Below are positions 48,393 to 55,815 of a stretch of DNA of 64,000 bases, piece after piece. The DNA is from a virus, in IMG/VR virus record IMGVR_UViG_3300047476_001180, positions 2,603 to 66,602 of that record, one strand, 5' to 3'. The notes beneath the pieces were generated by a model. It did no database searches. It saw only the letters and a program-made list of their open reading frames with translations, and was not told where the DNA came from. Each line of letters starts with the position of its first letter. Within the stretch, counting starts at the first letter, position 1. Position numbers and translations under genes: made by a program.

Positions 48393-49463
48393 TTATGCAT
48401 ACTCCTTGACAAGCTTTTCGCCGTAGGCAACGGTTTCCCGGTAGGAATCTTCATCAGTCAGAAGCGTAAGGAAATCTTCCTTGTGCTTTGCAGCCATACC
48501 GAAATTCCCTACGCTCCAACGCTTGGACTTGTCAGCTTTTGACCCGCCCGCGCCGTCACCATGAGTAAAATACTCAGTGAAGCCGTTGAAGAGGTCATAG
48601 CGAGATTTCCCAGAGTTACCCATGCCTCGCACGGTAAGTGCCTTAATTTCTTCGGCTCGGTTGTAAGAACGAGTTGAAAGAGATTCAGCCCTTTCACCTA
48701 CTCGACCAGAGAGGAAACCAGCAGCGGCATAGGCAGCCTCCGTAGGAGATTCGAGAGTGAGAGTCTGGAGATAATCCATATTCTCCATGATTCTCTGCCT
48801 GCCGTACAGAACACTTTGGAAGTAAGCACCAAGATTTTCGATGCTGGCGGCAGCATTTTTCGTATGGGGGACCGCGACTTTCACAGCACCGTCATAGGCA
48901 CGGGACCAGCGGAAAGTGTTCATACATACCACACGAATCATGGAATCCCTCGCCTCGAACATCATCGTACCATCATGAGAGGTAAGAAAGTTCAAGTAGG
49001 AAGAAAACTTATCCCCGTTAGTGGCTTGATACTCGCCCCCGTTAAGATCTACAGAGATGTAGAACTTTTTGCAGTTGTCGAGAGTGCCGATGGTCGTAAT
49101 TTTTACGCCGAGACCCGCAATAGAACGAGTCATACAATCCCAAATTTCCTTATTGGAAATAGGACGGTAGGAATCTTTCGGAGTGTGGAGTGGATGAAAC
49201 GTGCGGAAATGCTCGGGCAAATCTTCGCGGTGGCGAAGGTCAGCTAAGACAGATTTGTAGTCATTCAGATGAATGATTTTCATTTCGGCCTCTCCGGCAT
49301 CATTTACCGTCTCGATCTCGACAGATGGCGTACCTGTCACGATAGGAAAAAAGCAGTTTTTAGCGGTTACTTCGTTGATTTCCGCCTCATGATGCGCTTT
49401 TCCGTGCCATTCCGTTCCTGCGATTGAAACGGTATAATCCAATTCATTAATTTCGTCAGCCAT
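48393..49463 (-). CDS. DUF932 (LGT_TIGR03299-like) family protein
   Basis: WHG, YRPISN, LTSHDGT, IRVVCMNT, HT, LFNGFTEYFTH motifs; start at MADEIN. Confidence 0.88.
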   Translation of the reverse strand: MADEINELDYTVSIAGTEWHGKAHHEAEINEVTAKNCFFPIVTGTPSVEIETVNDAGEAEMKIIHLNDYKSVLADLRHREDLPEHFRTFHPLHTPKDSYRPISNKEIWDCMTRSIAGLGVKITTIGTLDNCKKFYISVDLNGGEYQATNGDKFSSYLNFLTSHDGTMMFEARDSMIRVVCMNTFRWSRAYDGAVKVAVPHTKNAAASIENLGAYFQSVLYGRQRIMENMDYLQTLTLESPTEAAYAAAGFLSGRVGERAESLSTRSYNRAEEIKALTVRGMGNSGKSRYDLFNGFTEYFTHGDGAGGSKADKSKRWSVGNFGMAAKHKEDFLTLLTDEDSYRETVAYGEKLVKEYA

Positions 49464-49679
49464 AGTAGTATTTTTTGTAGTGTGGTTTGAGGTTTGACTC
49501 TGCATTTTTTCGGACTTGTCACCGGGGAAAGTTTCGTTTTGAATCTTTCCGTTGCATTAAACCTTTTTCAGCGGTCCAGCTCGACTGCTACGCAGTTTCA
49601 TCGCTATTTGTTTGCAGGGACAAGAGGCTTGTCGATCTTGCGGGGACTTGTTATCCCGCTCACGTCTCTTTCCACCGCC
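49464..49679 (-). ncRNA. Candidate structured RNA / long leader upstream of DUF932
   Basis: Follows TTGCAA-16-TAGAAT; outer helix GGCGGT/ACCGCT and hairpins GCGGG/CCCGC, GACAAG/CTTGTC, ACTGC/GCAGT, GGAAAG/CTTTCC. Confidence 0.5.
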
Positions 49680-49707
49680 ATTCTAATACATGGCCGAACC
49701 TTTGCAA
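49680..49707 (-). promoter_or_regulatory. Sigma70-like early promoter
   Basis: TTGCAA-16nt-TAGAAT on the minus strand. Confidence 0.75.
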
Positions 49708-49907
49708 GTGATTTCTGTTCTTTTTCGATTCTTTTTCTTTTTCCCTCATAAATGCCCTTTTAAACGCCTTCACCCTCTCCCCGGTATTCCGACACTTTCC
49801 AAGCATTTAAACGCCTAGAATGGCAAGCAATCCATAAGCCTTGCCAAGTACCGGGGATTCCTCTTTTTATCATTCCTCACTTTTCTTTTTCCATTTCATT
49901 TTTTCAC

Positions 49908-49935
49908 TTGCAAAGGTTCAAGTGCTGTTTATTAT
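49908..49935 (+). promoter_or_regulatory. Sigma70-like promoter (divergent copy)
   Basis: TTGCAA-16nt-TATTAT; shares TCACTTGCAAAGGTTC with the 49680 promoter. Confidence 0.65.
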
Positions 49936-49939
49936 GTTC

Positions 49940-50075
49940 CTGCCGCCCGTTATCGTGTTTTCCCTTGGAAACGTTTTAGGCGGTCAAGCTTTGACTAACT
50001 TTGACACAGTTGGTACTGTCTTGAGTCGAAACGTTCGCAAGGGTTTTAGTTGCCTCTGGCCAGAGCGAGACAGTT
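49940..50075 (+). ncRNA. Candidate structured small RNA
   Basis: GC-rich, no credible ORF, helices GCCGCC/GGCGGT, TTTGACT/AGTCGAA, ACAG/CTGT, CTCTG/CAGAG, followed by T-rich tracts. Confidence 0.45.
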
Positions 50076-50097
50076 TTTAGATTTAGATTCTTTTTTA

Positions 50098-50297
50098 TTT
50101 GACAGATGGGGTTTCCTCTCCACTGTATCCATACCGAAGGACGGCACATTTTCCCCTCCCAGCCGGTCAATTCTAAGTGAACCTGGGCTCGTTTTCTTAG
50201 GGCATTTACCTAAGAACCTAAGGAGATTTCTTAGGTATTCTTAAGTAGATTCACTTAGAATTTTGACGCTGCGAGGATAGGTAATCGTCGTTGTCTG
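50098..50297 (-). ncRNA. Candidate structured RNA or inverted-repeat DNA element
   Basis: Follows TTGACA-16-TAGATT; 13-bp perfect inverted repeat AATTCTAAGTGAA/TTCACTTAGAATT enclosing two CCTAAG/CTTAGG hairpins. Confidence 0.45.
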
Positions 50298-50302
50298 TTT
50301 TC

Positions 50303-50330
50303 AATCTAAACAGATTACCAATCTTGTCAA
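50303..50330 (-). promoter_or_regulatory. Sigma70-like early promoter
   Basis: TTGACA-16nt-TAGATT with no ORF directly downstream. Confidence 0.7.
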
Positions 50331-50371
50331 TTTCTTTTTTGACAAGATTGGTTTTTCTTTTTGATTTGATT

Positions 50372-50620
50372 CTAGCTTGTCATCCGGTGAGCACGTCCGA
50401 TCTTCTCAAAGATAACTTTGTAAGTAGGATGATTTTTGGCGATCTTCAGACAGATTCTTTTCAGTTCTCCATTATCTTGGAAGTGGGGGAGAAGAGCCTC
50501 CCGAAGTTGCAAGCCGAGTTCATGGATGGTGGCATCCTTTTTATTTGTGAATGGGACGTTGTCACTGGTGATGTACGTTGGAGTGGAACGAATGACGGGG
50601 AGTGTTGTTGCTTTTGGCAT
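50372..50620 (-). CDS. Hypothetical early protein
   Basis: Preceded by TTGACG-16-TACACT-gtaagtcct-ATG (50630..50657). Confidence 0.75.
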   Translation of the reverse strand: MPKATTLPVIRSTPTYITSDNVPFTNKKDATIHELGLQLREALLPHFQDNGELKRICLKIAKNHPTYKVIFEKIGRAHRMTS

Positions 50621-50761
50621 AGGACTTACAGTGTAGCGAAAGAGTGATGTTCGTCAACGAAAAAAAAAAAGAAAAAAACGTCGAAATAAAAAAAAAAGAA
50701 AAAACCCGCCCCGGTGAACTGAGACCTTTAGATAAAATAAAGACCAAAGCTTTAGACGAGA

Positions 50762-50914
50762 TTAATTTAAACCTTTAAGATCACGATATTCTTGGTTTGA
50801 CATGGTTCCAATAACAACTCCCTGCGGCTTGGGTTGAAGTTTTTTCCAATCCGTTGTTTTCATAGTATCGGCCCATGAACCTTTGAAAGATGTATCTGGT
50901 TTTTGTTTTGCCAT
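50762..50914 (-). CDS. Hypothetical early protein (50 aa, MAKQKP...)
   Basis: Preceded by TTGACT-15-TACCAT-agtcct-ATG. Confidence 0.65.
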   Translation of the reverse strand: MAKQKPDTSFKGSWADTMKTTDWKKLQPKPQGVVIGTMSNQEYRDLKGLN

Positions 50915-50951
50915 AGGACTATGGTAGCGAGATTCAGGGAGAGTCAAGTTT

Positions 50952-51407
50952 TTATTGAAACATGTTCAGATTGAATTCTTTTTCAATCTGATAAATTTCA
51001 CTTCTCAGTGCTTCAACCTTGTTCATTGCAGACTGGATTGCATCAGCAGAATAATCTGTTTTGAATGGAGAAAATCCATCCTCGCGGAGAATGATGACAC
51101 CATCATTAACCTTTCCGAAATAAAAATCGGTTTTCATAGTTTCATAGAAACCTCCACCAAAATTGACGGAAATATTCAGAATCAGCGAGCCGTAACTGTT
51201 ATTGATTTTAACAGATACATTTGAATTATTTCCAAAATTCGGAAGATTCAAGCTTTCTACAAGATCGGAAAACTTTTTACTCTTCATGCCAGTGGCGAGA
51301 TAGGCTTTCCCGGTGAATGAAGAAATCGCTTCGATTACTTTCGGGGCATACTCGTTCATTATGCCGTTGACTACATTGGTTCTGGTGACTTTGAGGAGGA
51401 GAGACAT
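50952..51407 (-). CDS. Hypothetical early protein
   Basis: 151-aa ORF starting in the repeated promoter module. Confidence 0.75.
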   Translation of the reverse strand: MSLLLKVTRTNVVNGIMNEYAPKVIEAISSFTGKAYLATGMKSKKFSDLVESLNLPNFGNNSNVSVKINNSYGSLILNISVNFGGGFYETMKTDFYFGKVNDGVIILREDGFSPFKTDYSADAIQSAMNKVEALRSEIYQIEKEFNLNMFQ

Positions 51408-51447
51408 GGGACTGATCTATAATGGATAAAATGAAAGTTGTAAAGTA

Positions 51448-52158
51448 CTATTTTGCGCTCAATGCACTCAGACGTTTGATTTCATGTTTAAGAAATTCAA
51501 TTCGGGTTTTTCTTCGTGCATCCCTTGCTTCGGGATAATTATTTGTGCCATCACGAAACAAAGACTTAACACGAAACAAAGACTTAACATCATCTTCTCT
51601 TTCAGGCATTGCAGCACCATGAAAATTTATTGCGAGAGTTTTAACTTCATTAGCATGTAGCCACCAAATGAATTGAAATTCAGAACTGGCATTGCAAAGG
51701 AAAGTGTTCGAATCATCTGTTTCGAATTCTTTTAAAATACGTTTCAGAGAGGTACGAGTCCAAAGACGTTTGAAGGAGGTGTTTCTCATGGGGACTGATC
51801 TATAAGGGATAAATGAAGGGTTGTAAAGTACTATTTTGCACTCATAATCAAGAAATTTCAAACGTATTTCTTTATAACCGTACACCGGGGAAGAGTCGAA
51901 AAGCATTCGATCTCGAACGTCTAATTCAAGATTTTCTTTTTTTACCAGTGTATTAGGAATCGTTACATTCGAATCCAAAAAGTTTTGTGCCATCTTTGTA
52001 ATTGCACTCTGCACCCCTTCATCCATCCACAAATCTTTAAATGCAGGACTGGCATTACAGAAAAATACACATATACTATTCTCGAATTCCTCTTTCAGTT
52101 GTTTCAGAAAAGGAACAGTCCAAAAGCATTCTTCAAAGGCGGTGAGATTAAGATTCAT
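51448..52158 (-). CDS. Fusion ORF of two paralogous ~110-aa domains (internal start at 51789)
   Basis: MNLNLTAFEECFWT... reads through the repeat into MRNTSFKRLWT...EFLKHEIKRLSALSAK. Confidence 0.75.
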   Translation of the reverse strand: MNLNLTAFEECFWTVPFLKQLKEEFENSICVFFCNASPAFKDLWMDEGVQSAITKMAQNFLDSNVTIPNTLVKKENLELDVRDRMLFDSSPVYGYKEIRLKFLDYECKIVLYNPSFIPYRSVPMRNTSFKRLWTRTSLKRILKEFETDDSNTFLCNASSEFQFIWWLHANEVKTLAINFHGAAMPEREDDVKSLFRVKSLFRDGTNNYPEARDARRKTRIEFLKHEIKRLSALSAK

Positions 52159-52190
52159 GGGGACTGATCTAAATGAAGGGTTGTAAAGTA

Positions 52191-52493
52191 CTATTTTGCA
52201 CTCAGACGCTTGATTTCGTGTTTAAGAAATTCAGTCCGAAGTTGAATTGCTTCTTGAAAATCCAGACCATATTCATGAAACAGTGAATCGGGTATCATTT
52301 TAGCCCGAATTCCTGAAAATTCAAATGAAAGTTTTGCAATTCGTTCCCGATGTTTGGGATTTTCCCAAATGGATTTAAATTCTCTGCTGCGAAGACAGAT
52401 GTAGGGGAAACCAGAGGTCGATCTTAGGTATTCTTTTAGAATACGGGTAACTGATGTTTTGGTCCAAATGCGTTCGAAAGAGGTGTTTTTCAT
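52191..52493 (-). CDS. Paralog of the 51448 family
   Basis: MKNTSFERIWT...EFLKHEIKRLSAK. Confidence 0.8.
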   Translation of the reverse strand: MKNTSFERIWTKTSVTRILKEYLRSTSGFPYICLRSREFKSIWENPKHRERIAKLSFEFSGIRAKMIPDSLFHEYGLDFQEAIQLRTEFLKHEIKRLSAK

Positions 52494-52538
52494 AGTGGGG
52501 ACTGATCTATAAGCGATAAAGTGAGGGCTGTCAATCAG

Positions 52539-52697
52539 TTATTTGAAAGTATCGATCATATTATCCAGCCATGCAAGCTGTTCTTTCTTAGTCTTTGTGA
52601 TGGAAAACCCGAATTTATAAAGTTCCCATTCATCATCCGACATTTCAGAAATTTTTGTTTTGAGATTTTGCAGGCATTCAATTCTGGTGAGCTTCAT
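52539..52697 (-). CDS. Hypothetical early protein (52 aa, MKLTRIECLQ...), below the ORF-track cutoff
   Basis: TTGACA-16-TATATT-cccga-ATG (52703..52730), open to TAA at 52539. Confidence 0.65.
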   Translation of the reverse strand: MKLTRIECLQNLKTKISEMSDDEWELYKFGFSITKTKKEQLAWLDNMIDTFK

Positions 52698-53443
52698 TCG
52701 GGAATATATCAGCTAATGATCACCTGTCAAGACCTTTATCAAAGGAAACACAAAAACCGAATCTGATTTGATTCGGGAACTATTATTGAAATGTCTTAAG
52801 TTCTTTTCTCATATCTCTAGTATCTTTCTGTTTTAAATCTAAATTTGCCTTCCTAAATCTTTTCATTCCTTCTGTTTTCGTATGCCCCCATTCCTATCTT
52901 AGTCGGAGTCCCAATGATGCGGCAAACTAAGATTTTCGACCCACGTGCCAAAGCGCCCGTCCAATTCATGAATATTTTTAGATTCAGAAGGTTTTTCCAC
53001 AGGGAGGACGAAAGCTTGAAAAGTTTCACGTCCTTTGAGGAAGGGATTTCCAAAAGGAATACAAGAAATATGTTTTCATAGATATTTCTTTCCAATATAA
53101 AAACCAATCGCAAAGCAAATAATACGAAAGATTAGAGTCTTTGATACCTGAAGGAAGTAATATTCGATAATCTGAAGACGTGTGGGAAGCATAAGGAAAT
53201 ATGGCGAGGGTTAAGGAAGTGTCAAGGGGAGGGGAATTTTAAAATTGTTGAAGGATTCAAATATTCACTTGAAGCGGAAGCGCGTGAGAAATATTGAAAG
53301 GGCTGATCTTATACGATTTTATACGTTTAGAAAGATTTTATTTTAATCTTCTTTTCCATCCATATCATATATAATGCAACAAGCAAATCATCTCTGCATC
53401 TTTATCAGCGATCCAATCCGCCCGCATTGCACGGAGTTGTTTT

Positions 53444-53758
53444 TTAAATTTCGCTAGGTTCATCGTTTTCAATAGCGGAGGTTTCGGCTTCTGTCAACTT
53501 ACAATATTTTTTCAGAAAGTTTTCCATGATTTCCCGTGCATCCCCCCAAAAATTCCAAGTGTTTAATAAAGGATGAATATTCTTGAATCGTTTCAGAACA
53601 TAAAAAACTTTCACTTTTGAAACGTTCGATACAATATTGAGGTGATTTTCATCAGGAACATTTGAAGAATTTTTGTATTTAGAAATGATGTCGGCAGCAA
53701 TATGTTTCGCCCATGGAATCATTTCAAGCGGCTTGTGTGCAAGGGAATAATGGCTCAT
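53444..53758 (-). CDS. Hypothetical early protein
   Basis: Preceded by TTGACA-17-TATAGA. Confidence 0.65.
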   Translation of the reverse strand: MSHYSLAHKPLEMIPWAKHIAADIISKYKNSSNVPDENHLNIVSNVSKVKVFYVLKRFKNIHPLLNTWNFWGDAREIMENFLKKYCKLTEAETSAIENDEPSEI

Positions 53759-53794
53759 AGTGGGAATGTTCTATAACTGATAAACCTTTTCCTG

Positions 53795-54037
53795 TCAATC
53801 ATTAAAGTATTCAGCACGCACAATATTGTAATCGGCAGAAATATTCAATTCTGTGAAAATCTTTGCAAATAGATCACCCGCCCATGAATTTACTGGCATT
53901 TTCTTTTTATGTTTGAAATTTTCTCGAATCTGCTGCCATGCTTGGACCATATCAGGATTTTTCATCATCGTGTACTGTGTGATGCGCTCGCGGCATACAA
54001 GGTCAAAACAAACATGGAGTGTGCGAATGGCATTCAT
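53795..54037 (-). CDS. Hypothetical early protein
   Basis: Preceded by TTGCAT-16-TATTAT (54046..54073). Confidence 0.7.
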   Translation of the reverse strand: MNAIRTLHVCFDLVCRERITQYTMMKNPDMVQAWQQIRENFKHKKKMPVNSWAGDLFAKIFTELNISADYNIVRAEYFND

Positions 54038-54085
54038 GGTGTTCTATAATATGCAGGATCATACTTTATGCAAGCGATAAAACGA

Positions 54086-54129
54086 AAAACCCGCTTGAAG
54101 TCCGCAAGGGAATTTTCAAACGGGTTTTT
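54086..54129. terminator. Probable intrinsic terminator
   Basis: AAAAACCCG-c-TTGAA...TTCAA-a-CGGGTTTTT; same outer arms as the late terminators. Confidence 0.6.
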
Positions 54130-54324
54130 CTACCTCCTCATACCACTCCATCAGGATATTTCCTAATGGTTCAATCCAATAGCCACCAGGGACATTACCG
54201 ACATCCATAAAGGATTTGTCATCAGGTTTTCCTGATTGAATTCAATAGCAAAATTTTTATTCATATTTTTTTTATAATTATTCCAAACATATTTTATATA
54301 TTTGCTCTAATATAATATATTAGA

Positions 54325-54353
54325 CGGGGGAGGAACCCCATTTTCCTCCCCCG
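54325..54353. terminator. Strong GC hairpin, possible terminator
   Basis: CGGGGGAGGAA-7nt-TTCCTCCCCCG; lacks a clean U-tract. Confidence 0.5.
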
Positions 54354-54551
54354 CACTATGCCTAACCACCTTTTCGAACGATTGCACCAAAAACTTTCAG
54401 ATGTGCATGAGCTTTTTTAATTGCTTCGTCCTGTTCCTCTTCTGCGAGTTTTGCACTTGCTGCCTCCATCACAGATGGACTAAAAACATCTGGATTGGTA
54501 GTAAGTTGTATGAGTCGGGTTTCATGGATAATCTTGGATTTGAATTGTTTT

Positions 54552-54627
54552 TGGTGTCCCCTGCTGGATTTGAACCAACGTTTAAAATTCAGAGAATTTT
54601 CGTCCTTGACCGCTAGACGAAGGGGAC
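54552..54627 (-). tRNA. tRNA with Glu-like body and atypical anticodon loop (UCUCUGA)
   Basis: GTCCCCT/AGGGGAC acceptor, GTCT/GGAC D stem, AAAAT/ATTTT anticodon stem, TTCAAAT T loop, encoded CCA. Confidence 0.85.
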
Positions 54628-54633
54628 AAATTT

Positions 54634-54792
54634 TTATGCTTTTGCCATCAGGTTTGCAGCTTTGTTAGCAAGACGGCGATGGAACTTGTTTCGGGTGTTC
54701 GGTTTAGCGAACCGGTAGTTGAAGAATTCGGCATCCAGGGTGCGAAGGGTTTTCATATCAGAGGCAGCGGCGAGACGAGAGAGGATGGACAT
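54634..54792 (-). CDS. Small basic protein (52 aa, MSILSRLAAA...)
   Basis: Open frame downstream of TTGCAC-16-TAAAGT (54842..54869), ending just before the tRNA. Confidence 0.6.
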   Translation of the reverse strand: MSILSRLAAASDMKTLRTLDAEFFNYRFAKPNTRNKFHRRLANKAANLMAKA

Positions 54793-54847
54793 ATATTTAG
54801 GGTTGCTTGGGTTTGTTATTTCGTTCTCTTGAACGTGTTGAACTTTA

Positions 54848-55243
54848 TCACTTATCTTGCATAGTGCAAGCGGTTTTTTCGTCTTTTTGTTCGTTGTTTA
54901 TTTTTGTTCCGAAAATGTCTTCGAGTGCAGAATGAATGACGCCAGGGGGATAACCAGTTGCATTTGAAAGAAAAACAATTCCATCTTTATTTCCAGCATT
55001 TGCTGCTTCGAAATGTTCTTCTAAGATGTGATTATCTTCCTCGTATAAACGAACAAGGCACTCATCTCCGTCAATTTCAAATCGGAAATTTACAAAGTAG
55101 TTCCATTGTATTGAATCCGAATTATCTTCATCACCTTCCTCATCACCCCACGAAGCATCGTACACCCCATGCTCTCCGCGAAAGATAACGCCAGATTGAA
55201 CGATTTCGATAAACTTTGCCCATGTGATTTTTCCAGGTTTCAT
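54848..55243 (-). CDS. Acidic hypothetical protein
   Basis: 131-aa ORF in the minus-strand run. Confidence 0.7.
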   Translation of the reverse strand: MKPGKITWAKFIEIVQSGVIFRGEHGVYDASWGDEEGDEDNSDSIQWNYFVNFRFEIDGDECLVRLYEEDNHILEEHFEAANAGNKDGIVFLSNATGYPPGVIHSALEDIFGTKINNEQKDEKTACTMQDK

Positions 55244-55399
55244 CTGAAGAATAGATATTTGAGTGCTGCGAGTTTGAAGGATAGACTTAACAAGACTGCA
55301 AACATAGCCAGAATGGCAAGACTTGCAAGGAGTAATTTAGCTTTCATCAAATTATTACAAACTGGTGATCGCCAAAAATAAAAACTGTACTCATGAGGT

Positions 55400-55801
55400 T
55401 TAAATTATTTTAGGAATGAAAGGATCATCAGAATCATCGTCAGAATTCTCAGAATCAGTAGAATCATCCTGAATAGATTCATTATCTGATGAATCCAGAC
55501 AATCGGGATTAGGAACTTTTAGACCTTTCTCTTCCAGATAGAGTTTAGCCTGTTCCTCACGGGAGAGAGATCTATCTTTCATATTCATCCTTTTCCGTCC
55601 GCTGAATGCAAGCCATGCTGCTTCATTCTCGCCTACTACATCAGGCTTATGTGATGTTGTAGAACGTGGCGCGGAGATCGTAGCAGAAGCGAGAGTAATG
55701 CCCCGAGACGCTAGCTGTGGCAGTAGTTGGTCCAATGCCGCCAATTGATCAGGAAGCGATTTAAAAAGAGATAGATTGATAGAGAGATTTGCAGTTGCCA
55801 T
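55400..55801 (-). CDS. Hypothetical protein with acidic C-terminal tail
   Basis: Ends ...DDSTDSENSDDDSDDPFIPKII; directly downstream of the RuvB-like gene. Confidence 0.75.
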   Translation of the reverse strand: MATANLSINLSLFKSLPDQLAALDQLLPQLASRGITLASATISAPRSTTSHKPDVVGENEAAWLAFSGRKRMNMKDRSLSREEQAKLYLEEKGLKVPNPDCLDSSDNESIQDDSTDSENSDDDSDDPFIPKII

Positions 55802-55815
55802 GATTGTTATTGATA

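Larger units (their letters stand above)
51405..52535 (-). repeat. Four copies of a ~50-bp stop/promoter/start module
   Basis: GGGACTGATCTA...TTGTAAAGTACTATTTTGC at about 51405, 51787 and 52156, with a related copy at 52491. Confidence 0.9.

Noticed and set aside
62-49247. Many antisense or nested ORFs in the track (e.g. 10552..11037+, 11203..11595+, 16253..16627-, 27238..27651+, 48816..49247+)
   Set aside because: They are shadows of well-supported genes on the other strand or frame, with no motifs or promoter boxes.
49464-50330. Retron msr-msd or a known riboswitch/ribozyme
   Set aside because: No adjacent reverse transcriptase, and I could not recognise a hammerhead, HDV-like or riboswitch consensus by eye; kept only as unassigned structured RNAs.
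50660-50705. Long A tracts as a phase-variation or poly(A) retro-element signature
   Set aside because: They are intergenic, upstream of a -35 box, and consistent with an UP element or terminator tail; no target-site duplication.
51405-52535. CRISPR array
   Set aside because: Repeats are imperfect, about 50 bp, and separated by 300-400-bp protein-coding genes; no cas genes.
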